Part shown: one piece after another, positions 37,745 to 50,673 of the stretch
Position numbering within the stretch: the stretch's first letter is position 1
How the letters are laid out: each line of letters starts with the position of its first letter
Source of the DNA: Octopus sinensis
Lineage: Eukaryota
Assembly (NCBI RefSeq): GCF_006345805.1
Contig: NC_043011.1
Location: forward strand, 25,122,464 to 25,186,463
DNA: 64,000 nucleotides
Reading direction: 5' to 3'
Notes under the pieces: generated by a model
Told to the model about the DNA's origin: nothing
Databases searched by the model: none
Seen by the model: only the letters and a program-made list of their open reading frames with translations
Position numbers and translations under genes: made by a program

Positions 37745-38340
37745 ATAATAATAATAATCCATTCTACAATAGGTACAAGGCCTGAAATTATCGAAAGTGG
37801 GAGTAGTCGATTATGTTGAGTCCAGTACTCAACTGGTATTTATTTCATCAATCCCAAAAGGATGAAAGGCAAGTTGACCTTGGTGGAATTTTGACTCAAA
37901 ATGGATGAAATACTAAGCATTTTGTCTGGTGTGCTAATGATTCTGCCAGCTCACTGTCATAATAATAATAATAATAATAATGGTTTCAAATTTTGTCACA
38001 AGGCCAGCAATTGGATGGAGGGTCAATTACATCAACCCCAGTGATCAACAGGTATTTATTTTATTGACCCCAAAAGGGTGAAAGGCAAAGTTGACCTCGG
38101 CAGCATGTGAACTCAGAACATAAGGGCGGACAAAATGCTGTGAAGCATTTTGCTTAGCATGCTAACAGGTCTGACAGCTTGCTGTCTTAAAATAACTTTA
38201 GAAAAGCTAGCAATTTGGGGGAAAAGGTGGGTAGTTAATTGCATAAACTCCAGACTGGTACTTTATTTTACCAAATCTGGAGAGATGAAGGATAAAGTTG
38301 TCTTTAGCAGGATTTGAACACAGAATACGGAGCCAGAACC
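37745..38340 (-). mobile_element. Tandem cluster of three SINE family C copies (Nin-domain-like, (AAT)n tails)
   Basis: Repeated unit aataat..acaaggcc..gtcaattacatcaacccc..ttattgaccccaaaaggatgaaaggcaaagttgacc..gctaa..ttctgccagctc. Confidence 0.8.
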
Positions 38341-39193
38341 AATACTGCAAACAACAATAATAATAAATAATGAATACATAAACACCTAAATAGCAACTTG
38401 GGTCTTTTTGCACCAAAAAACCCCATAACCGAGAAGCATAGATGGTAACAGCTTAGGACCAGCTCAAAGAATATCAAAACAATTACTTTAAAGCTTGCCC
38501 TTGCCAGATGCCAAAACAAAATAAGAATGACCAAAGACTACTTGAAGAAACTTAAGTTGAAAGATAAGACAGAAGGAACAGAAACCAAGATAGTAAAAAT
38601 CTCATGTTTCTTAAAGCAAACACAAGAAAGCAAGAGTTGCTCTGAGACACAACTGCATGATAAACAGAATGGTATCATTGTGAATATGCAGGAAATAGTT
38701 ATAAATGGGGGCAAAAATATTGAATACTGACTTAGCTATTGAACTAAGTTTCCATAACAACCAAAACTGGAATATCTCAGTCAAGTCGACGAAGATACTA
38801 AAATGCTAATAGACAAATTTGAGCAAATGTAGAATATTAAAAGGAAAAAAAAAGAATAACATTTACGATGCATAACTGTCACAGGAACATTTCTCTAGAA
38901 AATGATTAGCCATATGACAATAAAAGCTACATTTTTATACATTATCAGAAAAGGAAAAATCCTTAATTGATCTCCCCCTCAGCTTATAAAGGAACGTAAC
39001 AGAAACAAGAAAAGAAACAATAACAATAACAACAATAAGTACCTGAAGTTTTTTTAGAAAGTAATTTTTATACATCATAGAAATATTTGTTTACAAATAA
39101 AAAAGGGTGAGAATGAAAATGCAAAATACTAAAAAATGATAACAGCACAAGAGTCAGTTATTTAACAACCTTGATGGAAACTAGTGTACTTAC

Positions 39194-39295
39194 AGAGTGG
39201 TATCAGATTAGTTTGGACAACACCTTGTTGAGCAATTACTTGAGTATTATCTGTTAAACCATTTAAGATTCCATTGATATAGGAAGACTGATTTC
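39194..39295 (-). CDS. CARM1: CARM1 tail exon, 102 nt, phase 1 to 1
   Basis: Strong acceptor ttttctctctattcttttatag|GA and donor T|gtaagt. (G)NQSSYINGILNGLTDNTQVIAQQGVVQTNLIPL ends in NLIPL, as does human exon 14 (from memory). Confidence 0.9.
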
Positions 39296-40542
39296 CTATA
39301 AAAGAATAGAGAGAAAATATGAGTAGAATATTGAACAAGACAAACTACTCTGTTTTGGGGTTTTTTCTTTTACTGTTTCATTTTTTTTTTTGATAGCAAT
39401 GTTGCTGAGAGCTTTTGGTAATTTACAGTTGTATCCAGTGATTTTTACAAATAGATGCCTTTTTTTACAGATAACAAATCAACTGTGAAACGAGGAATTT
39501 TTCATTCATAACACAAGTTTAGGTACCTGGACCAAGAGTACAATTTGATGTGCTCTAGGACAACATATGAAAATCACTCCTAATTAAATGGTAGTTAACA
39601 TGTTTATCAAGTGTTTTATACATATGTATTTCAATACTACAGAGCATCAGTCTAAGCACATTTCTTCTATGCTGTTGACAAAGAATGCATGAGAAGAAAA
39701 ACGCTTACTTTCTTAACACATAGTGATATTATAATATTAAAATTTGTTTCAGTCTTCTGATATATGCTATGTGTGTGTGTGTTCAAACTGAGAGAGTAGA
39801 ACATGTAAAATGCACACGTCTCTTAGCTAACTGAACCTCTTGATGTAATGGTTATGTTCAACATAGCTAATCATCAAGCTGAGATTACCTCAATGAAATG
39901 AAGGTTACAATGTCGCTCAGAATTTCCAAGTCAACTCCACTACAATAGTGAGCAAGTTGAACTGATAAGAGGAGACATAGTACAAAATATACCTGTCACT
40001 CACTGCTTGAAGCTTACCAACTTCCTACACTTAGATCCCTAGATCATATTATATAAAACATACTGTAATCCTGATTAACTTTTACTCTATATTGAAAAAC
40101 ATTAATTGATGAAAATAAAAATAGGTTATTTAATCATTTATCCCTTATGCATTCAGATTATTCTGTCAAATGTAATTTTTATTTACTCACATTGTTTTGA
40201 ACTAATCATGCATTATCTCATAGCTTCAAGATTTCAATGATGCAGTTCTTTATTTTTTTAGAATAACATTGTAGGGCAGATGTGAGAGGTTGGATTTGGC
40301 CGGTTTAAACAGGTAGAGTACTTGAGCTAGATATGACCAGTTAATATTCTGAGAATGTAAAGTTAGTAGACATTCAAAATAGCTGATACTGTATACTAGA
40401 TAATTCCTGGACAATCCTTATGTTAAAATATCAAGAGGAGAATGGCAGAAACTGATACTAGTGAGAAGATGAATTTTGGAAAAGAAACTATTGAAGAATG
40501 TTGATCAAAAGTTACCTGATAAACAATTGTTTGACAAATTAC

Positions 40543-40715
40543 CAGTTGCTACACTATTCCAATATGAATCTGATGGCGACTGGTTGCTATTTCCTGCTGG
40601 AGGCTGTGGTGTTTGACCAGTGTATCGAAAGTAAGGATTTTTTAAATCGAGTGAATTGGTAGATTTTGTATTGGTTCCTGGTATATTCAGTTCAATATCA
40701 ACATCATAACTTTGT
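40543..40715 (-). CDS. CARM1: CARM1 exon, 173 nt (end of beta-barrel, start of C-terminal tail)
   Basis: Acceptor tattgcag|A and donor CTG|gtaatt; an alternative in-frame donor gives a boundary at 40516. [57 protein letters not shown]. Confidence 0.95.
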
Positions 40716-41465
40716 CTGCAATATAATATATGAAACTAACTTCACATATCCACAAGATATGAACATAAATATAAACAAATAAAATATTGTGTTTTTGTTC
40801 GGATATCATTAAAATAATGGGATATTTTATTTTTCATTTCACATCAAATAAGCCACAAATAACTTGACCCCTAAATCTATAACTATCTACAAACCTGTAA
40901 TTAATTTCCATAGAATCACCAAATATCCCATACAAAACATTGTACTATAAACACACACACACACTTTAAAAGCTGTGCCAAAAGGCACAACACACTACTA
41001 AAAGGTTTGAGCGCAGTAGATAACTTCTACACTCCCCTCCGAGGTTCAGTTTGGTTTGACAATCATCACCATCATCGTTTAATGTCCACTTTCCATGCTG
41101 GCATGAGTTGGACAGTTTTGCCATTCATGAAAGTTGGTTGCTTCATATCTTATAAATCATACTCAACTAATTTCTCTTTAGTCTTTGGAGAGATTCTACT
41201 TTCACTACTAGTGTCTGTACTATCACACTTTTTATATCTCATACAATCTACCTTTTAAAGAGCGAGACAGAAAGCTTTGGTTATTAGCACATATAAAACA
41301 GTGCCCTGAACTTAAATCTTTAATGGCAGAATAAAATTTCATGGTTATACCAGTGATGTTAATTATCCACCAAAACATAGAATTGGTATTTTCTGCAAAT
41401 CCCACTGCCTCAATAAACTAGACATTATCTCAATAGAAAATAGTTTCAAACATGACATTCTTCAA

Positions 41466-41500
<35 letters not shown>

Positions 41501-41684
41501 AATAAATAAAAGCTACTTTCCACAGTTAAGGGTAATGAAATTTTGAGTAGATATACCTGATTTTGGTACTAGAAAGGTTAAGGTAGTAGTAAAGTTTAAC
41601 TCTCAACAAAGAAACAGCATTTCAATTATTTACTAAGATAAATAAATAATTAAATAAAAATCATAAATTAAATGAGTAACTTAC

Positions 41685-41822
41685 CGTTTATTACATCTTA
41701 AAAGAACTTTTCCCGTCAATGTTTGACCCTGTTTCACTAAAACTGGAGTTTGCACAAGACAGCGAACTTGATACCAATGAGTAAGAGCTTCCGTGGGTGC
41801 AGTTGACAACCACACAGAGTTG
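41685..41822 (-). CDS. CARM1: CARM1 exon, 138 nt (THW loop)
   Basis: Acceptor ctcttgcag|C and donor CG|gtaagt. [45 protein letters not shown](R). Confidence 0.97.
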
Positions 41823-43194
41823 CTGCAAGAGAGTAATAAAATACAATGATGGTGCTAGCCAAGAACAACCTTATCAAAAGAGCTCTTCTGGAAACTAGCA
41901 AAAACAAAAAAAACACCATTCGGCCATTTCAGAATTCTGAGGGAAGTGGAGGATGGGATAAACTTCAGGAGTGATTTCACATTTCATCATCAAATTATTT
42001 GCTTATTAAATAATAATTTCAAATTTTGGCACAACAATTTCAGGAGAGGAAATAGGTTGAGTACATTGACCCCAGTGTTCAACTGGTATTTATTTTATTA
42101 ACCCCAAAAGGATGAAAGGTAAAGTCATCCTCAGCAGAATTTGAACCTAGAATGCAAAAACTGACAAAATGCTGCTAAGCATTTTGCCTGGTATGCTAAC
42201 AATTCAGCCAGTTCACTGCCTTTTTCACTTATTAAATAATAACAAAGAACAAACAAAATCTTTAGTTTGTTTAAAAACTTCAATTTTCTTCTTTTAATTA
42301 ACATTTTGGGAGACATGAGATCTTTCTTCAAAACTTTGTCTCAGTATTATCATAGTGACCAGAATATCTCAAATGGTTATTCCTTCAATACATATTGCAC
42401 AGAGCAACTGTAAGTCAAATCAAACCCATTTGCACTCATATTATTTAAATTTTTACCAACGAATATTATATTAGTTTTCATCATTATTTAACATCTGTTT
42501 TCCATGCTGGCATGGGTTGGATGGTTTGACAGGAGCTGACAAGCTAGAACACTGCACCAGGTTTCAGTCTGCTTTGACATGATTTCTATGTCTGGATGCC
42601 CTTCGTAACACCAACCACCTTACATAGTGGGAAATACTATATATTTTTACATTAGTGATAAATACAATATTTTCTCTTAAAAATAGTAAATTTCATTGAA
42701 GCTATGACTCAAATAACATCAGAAATTAAGTTTGAAGCTGCTTTATATGAAACAGATACATAAATTCTGTTCATCTATATAAAAGGCCTCACAAGTAGAG
42801 GTACAACTTTACTGCATCACACTGTTTTGTTATTTGTATGGATTTGTTTGAAAATTACTTTGAAATTTAATTTGGGTAAAACTTCCCAGCAGTGTAATTG
42901 CTGTTTTACATCCATTTTTAGAATGCTGGGCTATCTGGTTAAGATGCTCATATTTTTGCAACCATGTGGCTTTCGGTGCAATCATACTGCAAAGCACCTT
43001 GAGCAAGTGTCTTCTACAATAGCCCTGTGTGAACCAATGCCTAGTGAGTATATTTAGTAGATGGAAACTATGTGGAAGCCTGACATGTATATGTGTGTAC
43101 CTTTGTGTTCGCCACAAGTCACACACCCCTATCACCACCATTTGAAAACCAGTGCTTTGTTTATGCACCATAACATACTTGTTTGGCAAAGGAC

Positions 43195-43500
43195 ATTCAT
43201 CATTATCCCCATCACCAACATCCGCCATCAATGCAGGCATGGGTTGGATGGTTTGACAGGAGCTGGCCAAACAGAAGACTACCCCAGGCAACTATGTCTG
43301 CTTCCACAGGGGTTTTACAGCTGGATGCCCTTTCTAACACCAACCACCCAGCAGAGTGGACTGAGTGCTTTTTATATGACACCAGCACAGGCAAGGTCAG
43401 TTTTGGCATGGTTTTTACAGCTGGATGCCCTTCCAAATGCCAACCACCTTACAGAGTGGACTGAATGCTTTTTACATGGCACCAGGACCAACAGGGTCAA
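43195..43500 (-). repeat. Dispersed repeat with RTE-like 3' tail (cagctggatgccctt..aacc motif), with an internal tandem duplication of about 100 bp
   Basis: Related pieces at about 1530-1720, 3080-3400, 16330-16600, 18330-18495, 18900-19030, 19780-20070, 42480-42630, 44830-45030, 50760-51000, 56320-56530, 59050-59270 and 62400-62600, usually ending in (CAT/GAT)n. Confidence 0.6.
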
Positions 43501-43989
43501 CTTGCAAGATAGATAAAATAAATACCAGACTTAAAAATAAATTCTAGGGTTGATTTGTTTGACTAAAATCCTTCAAGAACTTTACAACTATGGATATTTG
43601 TAAATTGGTGAATCAGTTAATTTTGCATGTGGATATCCCTACAAGATACCACTTAAAACATTCAATGATGAAATACATTTTTATTCATTTAACAATCTTT
43701 TAACTAAACATAATGAGATAAATTTCACTAAGTACCACAATGGGCAAGTCTCTTCTACAATAGCCCTGAGTGGACCAATGCCTTGTGAGTATATTTAGTA
43801 GATGGAAACTATGTGGAAGCCTATTGTATATATGTGTGTGCATTTGTGTTTTCCACAAGTCACCACTCCATACACACACCCCCATTTGAAAACGAGTGCA
43901 GAATGGTCTCTATTTATGACAATAGTCTGTAGTCAGAATTAACTTAAAAGGAATTGTTTTGTGTGTATACTGAAAGAAGCGCGCACGCG

Positions 43990-44305
43990 AAGGCACATGG
44001 CTCAGTAGTTAAAGCACAGGGCTTACAACCATGACGTTGTGACTTCAATTCCTCAACCAGGCTGTGTGTTGTATTCTTGAGCAAGACACTTTATTTCATG
44101 TTGCTCCAGTTCACTCAGCTGTAGAAGTGAGTTGTGACATCACTGGTGCCAAGCTGTATTGCCCTTTATCTTTCCCTTGGACATCAATGGAGTGGAGAGG
44201 CAAGACTAGTATGCATGAGCGACTGCCAGTCTTCCACAAATAACCTTGCCTGGACTTGTGCCTTGAAGAGGAACTTTCTAGGAACAATCCTATGGTCATT
44301 CATGA
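43990..44305 (+). mobile_element. SINE family B-related copy
   Basis: ggcacatggctcagtagttaaagc...ttgagcaagacactttatttcatgttgctccagttcactcagctg. Confidence 0.8.
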
Positions 44306-44818
44306 TCAAAATCTTCGAGTATAGTCCACCCTTGAGTATAATACGCAGGGGATTTTGAGGAGGCTGTACCTCTGAAAAACCTAAACCTTGTGTATAATAT
44401 GCACCCCTTCTCTAACTTGAGTCATGCGTAATTAAGTCAGCAGCACCTAGTCGAGCAAACACTTCCACGCATGCGTGAAATTCTTAACTGTTATATGGGA
44501 ATGTAAATATGTTTGCAAATTGTTTTTGTTACATGTTATTTTGTGTTCTGAATACTTTTATTTTAATAAATGTTGCTTACTGCAAGTTATGGATGATTCT
44601 TTTATGACGTCATTGCTTTCAGGCTTACCTTAAGGTATTTTCACGCCCGACATCACAAAATGCATCTGAATAAACATTGCCGGACAGCAAATAGAGACTC
44701 GGACATTGCTTAGAAAATATTTTTTTTTCATTTTTAACCTCATATATAGTACGCACTAGAGATTTTGACCTTTAAATTATTTGGGGGGGGGGGGTTATAC
44801 TCGAGGATTTACGATATA
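44305..44818. mobile_element. Non-autonomous DNA transposon (pogo/Tigger-like TIR)
   Basis: Left end aatcttcgagtatagtcc and right end gttatactcgaggatttacgata are inverted relatives; it abuts the tail of the SINE at 43990-44305. Confidence 0.5.
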
Positions 44819-45377
44819 TAAAAATTTATCATCATTTAGCATCCACCTTTTCATGCTTGTAAAGGTCAGATGGAATTTGTTAGGGCAGATTTTTTCTGAC
44901 CAGTTTCCCTTCCTATCACAAACCCTCATCTATTTCCAAATAAACTAATATATCCCATGGAAGACTAGAAATGAATAACATTACTTGTAAGATGGTGATC
45001 CTCATTTGAAACTATCAAGTAATGTCAAGACAAGGGTACACACACACACATTGTTTTTGTCTACCAAACACACTCACAACCCTTTGGTCAGTTTGGCCAG
45101 CCTGCAGGTATAGAAGAAAACAATTGCCCAAAGTGCTGCACATCGGGACTGAAACCAAGACCTCACATTTGAGAAGCAAACTTCATAACCAAACAGCCAT
45201 ACCTAGATCTTAAAATTCAAATCCATACATACAAATTTTAAAACATAAACCATCTGACAGGAACTGCTAATAACTCATCAATCGAAAAAATTTTTCTTAA
45301 ATACAAACCTGAAACAAAATTCAAAGCAGAAATCTTAAAACAAGACACACTAATCTATAAAAGAGACAAATACATAC

Positions 45378-45553
45378 TTTGTGCCAAAAAAGGCAACATC
45401 AAACCAGAAGGCAAGACCATGTACAAGTCCTGACTGCATCATACTGAAGGTCAAAGGAATGTCAATGATGTGAAGATCTTGTTCTCGAGCTTTCTGGAAG
45501 TCAACCACATGTTTGTTGGATTTAGCAAGGCATATTCGGATGTCAAATGTATC
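45378..45553 (-). CDS. CARM1: CARM1 exon, 176 nt
   Basis: Acceptor ccatag|GAT and donor AA|gtatgt. [58 protein letters not shown]. Confidence 0.97.
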
Positions 45554-45639
45554 CTATGGAGTAAAGTGAAAAGTAATTTTAATCAATTTGCTTAATAAAA
45601 CTCAAAAGATTGAAACAAAAAGGAGGCGGGATGGAGGGG

Positions 45640-45992
45640 GGCTGTGTGGTAAGAAGCTTGCTTCCCAACCACATGGTTCCGGGTTCAGTCCAACTGCGTG
45701 GCACCTTGGACAAGCGTCTTCTACTATAGTTGCAAGCAGAACAAAGCTTTGTGAGTGGATTTGGTAGATGGACACTGAAAGAAGCCCATATGTGTGTGTG
45801 TGTGTTTATTTGTATGTCTGTGCCCTCTCACCGCCGCTTAACTGATGTTGGTGTGATTACATCCCCGTAACTTAGTAGTTCGGCAAAAGAGACCGATAGA
45901 ATAAGTACTGGGCTTACTTGGGGTGAATTTGTTCAACTAAAGGTGGTGCTCCAGCATGACCACAGTCAAATGACTGGAACAAATAAAAGAAT
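45640..45992 (+). mobile_element. SINE family A copy
   Basis: ggctgtgtggtaagaagcttgcttcccaaccacatggttccgggttcagtcc ... tgactggaacaaataaaagaataa. Confidence 0.85.
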
Positions 45993-46079
45993 AACGGAAT
46001 ACAAATAATTTAATGGTTGCCTTTAAAAATCTTCTTTGCAAAAATAGCAGCCAAATACCTTTTGTATTACACTTTATTT

Positions 46080-47330
46080 TAAGAGTAGCTTCGTGGGTCA
46101 GAGTATTGACCTTTTGTAGAACTTTAAAATACTGAATAATAAACAGAGCAATTTGATTGGTTAAAATTAACATATAAAAAAAACCACACAGGTAGTCCAG
46201 ATTTTGATTTTGCTTCACCCAATCTGCAGTTATGTCAGAATTATCAGGTACTTGCAAAAAAGGAAGATGTATTAGTTGTCAAGGATTGTGGATGTACATG
46301 TCGTGGAGATAATAAATGCAACGCAAATGTAAACACACGTGCCACAAAGAGAATGCGACTTATGGGAGGTGTCGGCACACATAAAACAAATATGAATACA
46401 AGAAAACAGTGTGTGTATATGGAACAAGAGGATTCTGAACCAGAAGTTAGTGATCCATCACGAATTGTTTCAACAGTGGGGGGCATTGTATGAAACATTT
46501 GGTTTAAAATCAGTGTCATCATTACTGAGAAAAGCTAAACATGAAAGTACTTGAATGGAAGACTTTGACGAAGCAGCTAAAAAGCGACTAGTAAAACTAA
46601 CCAGTACCATAATGTAAAAAGTATGCTCTATCATTAGTCCGTATGCTGCCGAAAGCCTTATGTTAAAAACGAAGGAGATGTCGTCGATGAAGGCAAATTG
46701 GTGGAAAATATCATTAAAGTCTGTTGTACAAGCTAATGCTGTTACAGCTCCATTAGTGGTATCCTTAGTTTCAAGTGTTTTGTAAGATAGTTTGGTACTG
46801 GTATGAAGAAAGTAACTTCATTGAGATGAAAGTATAAACATATGGCAAGTGGAAAGAAGCTTACACCTTCCAATAGATCAATTATACGATACGATCGTGA
46901 TCGAATGGAAGCTGCAGTGGAGTTTGTTTTGTCGGATGTTAATGTGTGCCGAATCTCATGGGGTAACAAAACATTTACGATTAATGGCTAAGAAATACAT
47001 CTCCCCAAGCTGATTAGGAAAAAGAATACAACTGTAATGCTACGTGATTACAAAGAAACTATACCTCAAAATAAACAATTAGGCTCTACAAAAAAAAAAG
47101 ACTATGAAGGTGAGGCTCATGACTGGAACATTTCTGATCAAATATCTGCTCAATCAGAGCTGAGCTGGACTTAAAACAACAACCATTGTAAATAGAAAGC
47201 AAATAACCAATTATTGTAAACTGAAATCCCCCAACAGAACTGGTAACACCAAAAATCGAAGTTGCTTTGTTCTTGTTGATTAGCCCTAGATCAGCTCTGA
47301 AAGTGCAAACCAATGATCAAAAGCATTCAA
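46080..47330 (+). pseudogene. Decayed transposase-like coding region, family not assigned
   Basis: Interrupted frames: a Cys cluster (CKKGRCISC..CGCTC...KC), an acidic EQEDSEPE stretch, then EAAVEFVLSDVNVCRISWGNKTFTING*EIHLPKLIRKKNTTVMLRDYKE. Coding-like composition in an AT-rich intron; no splice-compatible role in CARM1. Confidence 0.5.
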
Positions 47331-47972
47331 CCACCCCCAGGTATAGAGTATTTAGGACTACATTACCTAATGTGTGTTCTTTCTTTTTAAGAGAGTAGGG
47401 GTGTGATTTGAAGATGATATGGTCGGTCAAGTATGTAAAAGTTACTTTATTTATTTGTATACTAAATTAATATGGTATAACTGCATGGTAGCATCACTAT
47501 TTAAACTAATCAATAAAATATCATCATCCTACATCACTTGAAAATAGAGAACTCAGCAATAGTAAATTTATTGAGTTCTAGCAAATATACAACAGCTTGT
47601 TTCGTTTTCTATAAAGAGAAACTGATCAATATATCTTTTTCAGAAAAAAAAAAAAAATTTTTTTTTTAAACCATCAAAATACCATAAATTATTCAACTGA
47701 CTGATTTTGATGGCTGATTATCAACAACAGTAACATTATCACTTATTTACATCAATTATCAATGATGCATAGTAACCAGGTGTCAACAGTTTGATATTTT
47801 AAAAAAATTGCAACACCCTAAATATATAAATGATAAAATGGAAAGCCCATATATCACAAATCACACATTTCACAATTCCATAAGACACTGAAATGAAGCA
47901 GATCAAACATTGAAATAGAAAAAACTTGTGCAAGAAATTGGAGCCTTTTCATAAACTAGTAACTGTACTTAC

Positions 47973-48054
47973 GACAATTGGTTGCCTAAAATATTCAGTA
48001 ACAGCGGCATTTCTTAAACTTATGAGGTTAACGCCATGGAATGACTCTTGATAC
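47973..48054 (-). CDS. CARM1: CARM1 exon, 82 nt
   Basis: Acceptor ctcctag|G and donor GTC|gtaagt. [27 protein letters not shown]. Confidence 0.97.
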
Positions 48055-48326
48055 CTAGGAGAATAAATCAATGAAGTATTAACAACTCAATCTTGTTGAA
48101 GATAATGAAATAATGTTCCTATCATTACACAGAATGTAAGTACAAAAAAAATTTATTTATTTTAAAAATTCAAATGAGGTTAATGGAAATATCACCGTAT
48201 TTTACATAATTTGCTGTTGGTCATGCAGGTGCTGAAAAGTGCAAAGAAACAACCACGACATATAGCAATGATATTTAACATCAAATGAGTCTCCAAAACT
48301 GTGATGAAGTCAAAGTGTATAATTAC

Positions 48327-48417
48327 CAGAAGTTTGCTTTAGAATACTGTTCCATATATAAGGCTTCATCAGTAAAAGGTGCAACATGGAGATCACCTTG
48401 TGTAGGAAACATCCGAC
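48327..48417 (-). CDS. CARM1: CARM1 exon, 91 nt
   Basis: Acceptor tttacag|GT and donor TG|gtaatt. (G)[29 protein letters not shown](W). Confidence 0.97.
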
Positions 48418-48749
48418 CTGTAAACAATAATGCAATGAGATAAGGGGTTGTTTTCTTTTTCTTTTTAAAGACTTCTATACACACAAAGGCAGAGACAGGT
48501 AGAGTGTGTTTATACATAACAGTAGTAACAAAAAAAAAATTTTAAGAGGTTTATGCCAAAAATTCTAACATCTATCCATCCATTTTCAGCATTCACTAAT
48601 ACTGGAACTGTGATGTGAATAGAGCCCTCAAGCACCTCTTTCATAGAGTCCTATCAGAAACAACCATCATTAAACTTTCCTGCTGAATCTAAAGAAGCTT
48701 ATGTCTAAATTCTAACAGATTTAGAAATTGACATGAAACGGAAACTACT

Positions 48750-48978
48750 TTAACCCTTTAGTGTTCAGATTATTCTGTCAAATGTGATGTTTGTTTATTT
48801 ATATTGTTTTGAATTAATCATGAATTATCTTGTAGTTTAGAGATTGCAGTGATGTGGTTTTTTTAGTTTTAGAATGACATGGTAGGGCTGAGGTGAGAGG
48901 CAAGCTCTGGTCAGTTTCAATATAAAACAGGTTAAATATTCTGGCCAGATATGGCCAGTTTGAATGCTAAAGGGTTAA
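48750..48978. mobile_element. piggyBac-like MITE with TTAA target duplication
   Basis: ttaa|ccctttagtgttca ... tgaatgctaaaggg|ttaa. Related copies at about 740-965, 14648-14838 and 40140-40345; partial ends near 52545 and 61790. Confidence 0.8.
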
Positions 48979-49106
48979 AAACAAACTAATCACACATTTT
49001 AAATTTAGTCATAGGAGATGTGTCATTTGATAGGTTTGAACTTGTTTCTCTTACACTTCAAGACACTACATAATATCAATTAAAGAATGACTAGAAGCTC
49101 ACTTAC

Positions 49107-49284
49107 CTCCAGGCTTCAGCCATTTTTTGGCATGAAGGAAACTTTCTAGCATACGTTCATTGAACAACATATATCCCATAGGTTCTGAAATAATTGTGTC
49201 AACTTCCTCGGGTATTGTAACATCCTCGACTTTGCCCGTGATAACAACAATTTGGTCAACAAGTCGGTTATCTTTGACCAGCAT
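49107..49284 (-). CDS. CARM1: CARM1 exon, 178 nt (double-E loop)
   Basis: Acceptor ttttag|ATG and donor G|gtaagt. [59 protein letters not shown]; both catalytic glutamates are present. Confidence 0.98.
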
Positions 49285-50343
49285 CTAAAAGAGTAAAGCA
49301 AAGAATATACAAATAAAACCTGCCTTTAGTTAGAACAATAGTGAAGCCTAAAGAGTCTGTAGGAATCACAGGGGGACACAGCAATAAATTGATAATTAAA
49401 CTGTTATATTCCATACAATAAAAAAAGAACCAGTTTTCTTTATTTCTCAAGTTAAAAATAGAAGTTAACCTTCAAAGAAGAAAATTTTTTTTAAGTACTA
49501 AAAATGATATAATCAAAAATCTTTTATATGAAACAGACAGTATTAGATTAAAATAGCTGAGTATATGTCACTTCGTGTGACTGGCTGTGAGTACATGCCA
49601 TTGCTGTGATCACTCTTGTCTCTTGCTGATATATAGTGTTTTTAAATACAGCATATCTCCATAAGAGATATCTCCAGATGAATACCACAGTAAATTTGCT
49701 TTTCAACAATGTATTTTCATCAACTAAGATATATCAATAACTGTATGATTATATGTCCTGCTAACAAGTCTAATGCTGGCCAAAATATGGAATGCAGTAG
49801 CCAATCAAAGAAACAACAATCAGAATTTGTATAAACACTTTCAAGTATCTGCATTAGTTTCCACAAATGACATTTCACTGACAATTATAGATAATGTACT
49901 TAGAGGAGACAGAGAAAAGTGGAAATATATTGCTTTCTATTATCCCCACCATACACAATACTTTTCTCTCCCATTTCCTCTCTCCACTGCCTTCCTCTCA
50001 CAACAAAAAATCTGTAAGCTTTTTTCTCTATCATACTGCTACTCTTTCAGTTATAGAAGCTCTCTTTCACTTTGTGAGTTACAAGACATTCCTACTAATG
50101 CTGATTCCACACAAAATACACCTAGTACACACTGTAAATATTTGATAAATCGAATCAAGTAAACTGCAAGCCCCTATAGAGCTTTATGTTAATTTCAGTT
50201 TCAGGATTTTTTAAACATCTTGTCCAGCCCTGGTCAAACAGTTTTCATATGTAATATTATCCACCAAACAAAGTCTCCCCACTCAAACTCAATATTGCAC
50301 AACTGGCAAAATTTATCTAAGGCTTGGTTTAACACGGAACTTA

Positions 50344-50673
<330 letters not shown>

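Noticed and set aside
39889-39961. 73-nt exon-like segment (ctcctcttatcag|...GAG|gtaatc), open in phase 1
   Set aside because: The peptide has no resemblance to CARM1 tails and inclusion frameshifts the next exon to a stop. It could be a poison exon but is indistinguishable from a pseudo-exon without RNA data.
42830-43516. Overlapping 150-aa ORFs on both strands
   Set aside because: They lie entirely within SINE/RTE-tail repeats; similar spurious ORFs recur at each copy (2667, 19165, 61895, 62432).
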